A stretch of DNA of 28,116 bases from Gemmatimonadota bacterium (GTDB lineage: Bacteria; Gemmatimonadota; Gemmatimonadetes; Gemmatimonadales; Gemmatimonadaceae): contig JANMLN010000100.1 of assembly GCA_031372565.1 (NCBI GenBank), forward strand, positions 1 to 28,116, given 5' to 3'. Below, piece by piece: positions 25,828 to 28,116 of the stretch (its first letter is position 1; each line of letters starts with the position of its first letter). The notes beneath the pieces are model-generated. The model was not told the origin of the DNA, did no database searches, and saw nothing but the letters and a program-made list of their open reading frames with translations. The position numbers and the translations under genes were made by a program.

Positions 25828-26328
25828 ATGACATTGATCAACGAGACTGCCGCGCGCCAACCGATCACCCAACCGGGCGCGCTCACCACCGACGCGGTTC
25901 GCGTGGGGGGTGACGAGCACACCGGGCGGAGCGTGATCGCCGTCCGGACCATCCCGCACGGAGAAGTCCTGGCCGATCTGCGAACAGCACCGCGCGTGGC
26001 CGTGCCGACACGCTTCACCGTGCAGATTGGCGTGGACGTCCACATCGACGGGATCTGGCAGTTCACCTTTCTCAACCACGCCTGCGCACCGAACGTGCGT
26101 ATCGACACGACCGCGATGACGATCTCCGCCGTGCGCGAGATCGCGGCTGGCGAAGAGCTCGGCTACTTCTACCCGAGCACCGAGTGGCAGATGACCGAGC
26201 CGTTCGATTGCCGCTGCGGCGCGGTCGCGTGCGTGGGGCGCGTCACGGGCGCCGCGGACTTGAGCGCTGGCGTGCTGGCATCGCACTGGGTGAACGCGCA
26301 CATCGCGGCGTTGCGCGCACAGCAGTAG
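25828..26328 (+). CDS. SET-domain protein with post-SET zinc motif (166 aa)
   Basis: GRSVIAVRTI..GE, FLNHACAPN, AVREIAAGEELGYFY and post-SET FDCRCGAVAC; ATG 25828 inferred. Confidence 0.88.
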   Translation: MTLINETAARQPITQPGALTTDAVRVGGDEHTGRSVIAVRTIPHGEVLADLRTAPRVAVPTRFTVQIGVDVHIDGIWQFTFLNHACAPNVRIDTTAMTISAVREIAAGEELGYFYPSTEWQMTEPFDCRCGAVACVGRVTGAADLSAGVLASHWVNAHIAALRAQQ

Positions 26329-26339
26329 CGCCGCCGCGA

Positions 26340-26478
26340 CCGTTCGGCGCACGTACCTTTCCGTGTGCCAGGGCACGCGCCGAACGGCAGCGCGAGACTG
26401 CGGGCAGTCTCGGTGGTCGGATCGCCCCGGACTGCAGGTGTACAGGCGACGCCGGGGGTCGACACCGACATCCGGTGT
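26340..26478. terminator. Cluster of hairpins between the convergent SET and SDR genes
   Basis: 11-bp inverted repeat CCGTTCGGCGC/GCGCCGAACGG (26340-26387); CGAGACTG/CAGTCTCG (26393-26412); ACACCG/CGGTGT (26462-26478). Confidence 0.5.
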
Positions 26479-26490
26479 GCGTGCGGCGCG

Positions 26491-27216
26491 CTACGCGCGG
26501 GTGAGACGCAGTTCGTCGATGTTGGTGGCCGCCGGCCGCGTGAGAACCCAGCAGACGGCGTCGGCGACGGCCTCTGGCGGGAGCATGGCGGAGCGCGGCG
26601 GATAGCCGACGCGCCCCTCTGCCAGCACGTCGTCCCAGAGCGCGGTGTCGACGGGCCCTGGAGATACCAGCGACGCACGCACCCCCGTACCGGCAAGTTC
26701 GGCGCGGAGCACCTCGTGCAGCGCGCGCGCGCCGTGCTTGGCCGCCGCGTACGCCGCGTTCTCGGGGAAGATCGTCCGATCCGCAATCGAGCCGATGGTG
26801 ACCAGGTGCCCCCGCCCTCGCGCGCGCATGGCCGGCAGCAGCGCACGCACGAGCAGGAAGGGGGCCACGAGGTTGACCTGCACCGTCGCCGAAAATGCCT
26901 CGGGCGAGAGCTCGTGCGTGCGGGCCACGTGAAAGAGCCCCGCGTTGCTCACCACGATGTCGGGGGCGCTGTCGTAGTGTGCGGTGAGCGTCTCGGCGAG
27001 CGCGGCCACGTGGGCCGCGTCGGCCATGTCGGCGGGGAACGCCGTGGCCGCAGCACCCAACAGGCTGGCCGCTTCCTCCAGCGGCCCGGCACCACGCGCC
27101 ACCATCGCGACGCGCGCCCCCGCCTCCACGAGCGCGCCGGCAATGGCGCGCCCGATGCCGCGCGACGCGCCCGTGACGACCGCGACCTGCCCGGTGAGCG
27201 GCCCGGCCGTGCTCAC
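26491..27216 (-). CDS. Short-chain dehydrogenase/reductase, probably NADP(H)-dependent (241 aa)
   Basis: [11 protein letters not shown] (basic residue after beta2), SNAG, GS, YAAAK and PGPVDT motifs; GTG start overlaps the folE stop (GTGA). Confidence 0.92.
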   Translation of the reverse strand: MSTAGPLTGQVAVVTGASRGIGRAIAGALVEAGARVAMVARGAGPLEEAASLLGAAATAFPADMADAAHVAALAETLTAHYDSAPDIVVSNAGLFHVARTHELSPEAFSATVQVNLVAPFLLVRALLPAMRARGRGHLVTIGSIADRTIFPENAAYAAAKHGARALHEVLRAELAGTGVRASLVSPGPVDTALWDDVLAEGRVGYPPRSAMLPPEAVADAVCWVLTRPAATNIDELRLTRA

Positions 27217-27869
27217 CGCCCGACGCCGGACGAGTAGGCGAGGCGCAGGAACTCGTCGCGCGTCTTGGCGTCGTCGCGGAATGACCCCCGGAGCGCCGAG
27301 GTGATCGTCTTGGAGTTCTGCTTCTCGACGCCACGCATCATCATGCAGAGGTGCACGGCCTCGATGACCACGCCAACCCCCGCGGGCTTGAGCACGTCGT
27401 CGATCGCTTCGGCCACCTGCTCCGTGAGGCGCTCCTGCACCTGGAGCCGGCGCGCGAACACCTCGACCACGCGCGGCAGCTTGGAGAGGCCCACGATGCG
27501 ACCATTCGGGATGTAGGCGATGTGCGCCTTGCCGAAGAACGGGAGCATGTGGTGCTCGCACATGGAGTAGAGCTCGATGTCGCGCACCATGACCATCGAC
27601 GAGTGCGACTCCTCGAAGAGCGCATCGCCGATGACGTCCGTGGCAGACTGCGTGTACCCATGCGTGAGCCAGGTCATGGCCTTGGCCACGCGCTCGGGCG
27701 TCTTGCGCAGCCCGTCACGATCGGTGTCCTCGCCGAGGAGCTCGAGCTGTCGCTTGACGAGCGTGCTGTAGGCCTCGAGGTGATCGGAGAGCCCCGACTC
27801 GTCCGGCGCGTACTTGTCGTGCAGCGGAATGATCGGACGGCTCACCTTAGCGACCTTCGTATTCGACAT
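27213..27869 (-). CDS. folE: GTP cyclohydrolase I (218 aa)
   Basis: [41 protein letters not shown] and HLCMMMRGV motifs; GGAGA upstream of the ATG. Confidence 0.97.
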   Translation of the reverse strand: MSNTKVAKVSRPIIPLHDKYAPDESGLSDHLEAYSTLVKRQLELLGEDTDRDGLRKTPERVAKAMTWLTHGYTQSATDVIGDALFEESHSSMVMVRDIELYSMCEHHMLPFFGKAHIAYIPNGRIVGLSKLPRVVEVFARRLQVQERLTEQVAEAIDDVLKPAGVGVVIEAVHLCMMMRGVEKQNSKTITSALRGSFRDDAKTRDEFLRLAYSSGVGR

Positions 27870-28041
27870 AGTTGTTCTCCGTTTCCCAGAGGCGCAGCTT
27901 GGTCAGCCGCCCGGGCGCAAGGGCGGGTTCCAGAAGACGCCACATGGCGACGACGATGTTTTCCGACGTGGGGATGATGCCCTTCATGAACGGGACATCG
28001 ATGTTGAAGTTCCGATGATCCGCTTCGTCGACCACGAGCCG
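27847..28041 (-). pseudogene. 3' half of a 6-pyruvoyl-tetrahydropterin synthase (PTPS/QueD family) gene, 5' part missing
   Basis: [30 protein letters not shown]; homology ends near 28041, an in-frame TAA lies at 28063-28065, and no frame shows the N-terminal HGHNY motif. It may be an assembly break rather than a true pseudogene. Confidence 0.75.
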
Positions 28042-28116
28042 CGGGGCCCCCGGGCGGCCGCATTACGCGCTATGCGGATGGACGGTCGAATGGCGAGCTG
28101 GTCGACACCGCCCGGT

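Noticed and set aside
24072..26108. 678-aa minus-strand ORF
   Set aside because: Antisense shadow of the FG-GAP repeat gene; its periodicity mirrors the sense-strand repeats.
27217..27561. N-terminal extension of the SDR ORF (356 aa)
   Set aside because: Alternate frame inside folE; the SDR starts at GTG 27216, coupled to the folE stop.

Overview
A high-GC bacterial chromosomal segment with about 28 densely packed genes, mostly housekeeping. Gene content and order suggest Gemmatimonadota; this is inference, not a database result. In order: a cytochrome c maturation operon (ccmE-ccmF-CcmI-like/zinc-ribbon), a GAF/3xPAS histidine kinase-mtnA-glpK operon, enoyl-CoA hydratase-recF-dciA(DUF721)-gyrB, a palindromic REP-like element, a small membrane protein, pyrimidine-nucleoside phosphorylase, GAF protein-ferritin-ligA-V4R, a phosphoribosyltransferase with a histone-H1-like tail, a TPR-ParA-lipoprotein operon, a long-chain acyl-CoA ligase, a Trm112-like/degenerate methyltransferase, an FG-GAP/ASPIC-UnbV protein, a SET-domain protein, and a pterin operon (PTPS-folE-SDR) whose first gene breaks off abruptly near the window end. 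I found no tRNA, rRNA, CRISPR array, transposase, integrase or phage gene. No large, clearly new system is provable from sequence alone. The best leads are: (1) an orphan ParA lacking both Soj DNA-binding arginines, coupled to a TPR protein with a possible membrane-targeting helix and to a lipoprotein; (2) a Cys-type (CxxxY) CcmE operon with a CcmI-like/4xCxxC protein where ccmH usually sits; (3) a candidate tetrahydrobiopterin-type PTPS-GCH1-SDR operon; (4) the H1-like-tailed PRTase with an atypical PRPP motif; (5) a recurring G-poor, C-rich leader without a Shine-Dalgarno sequence.
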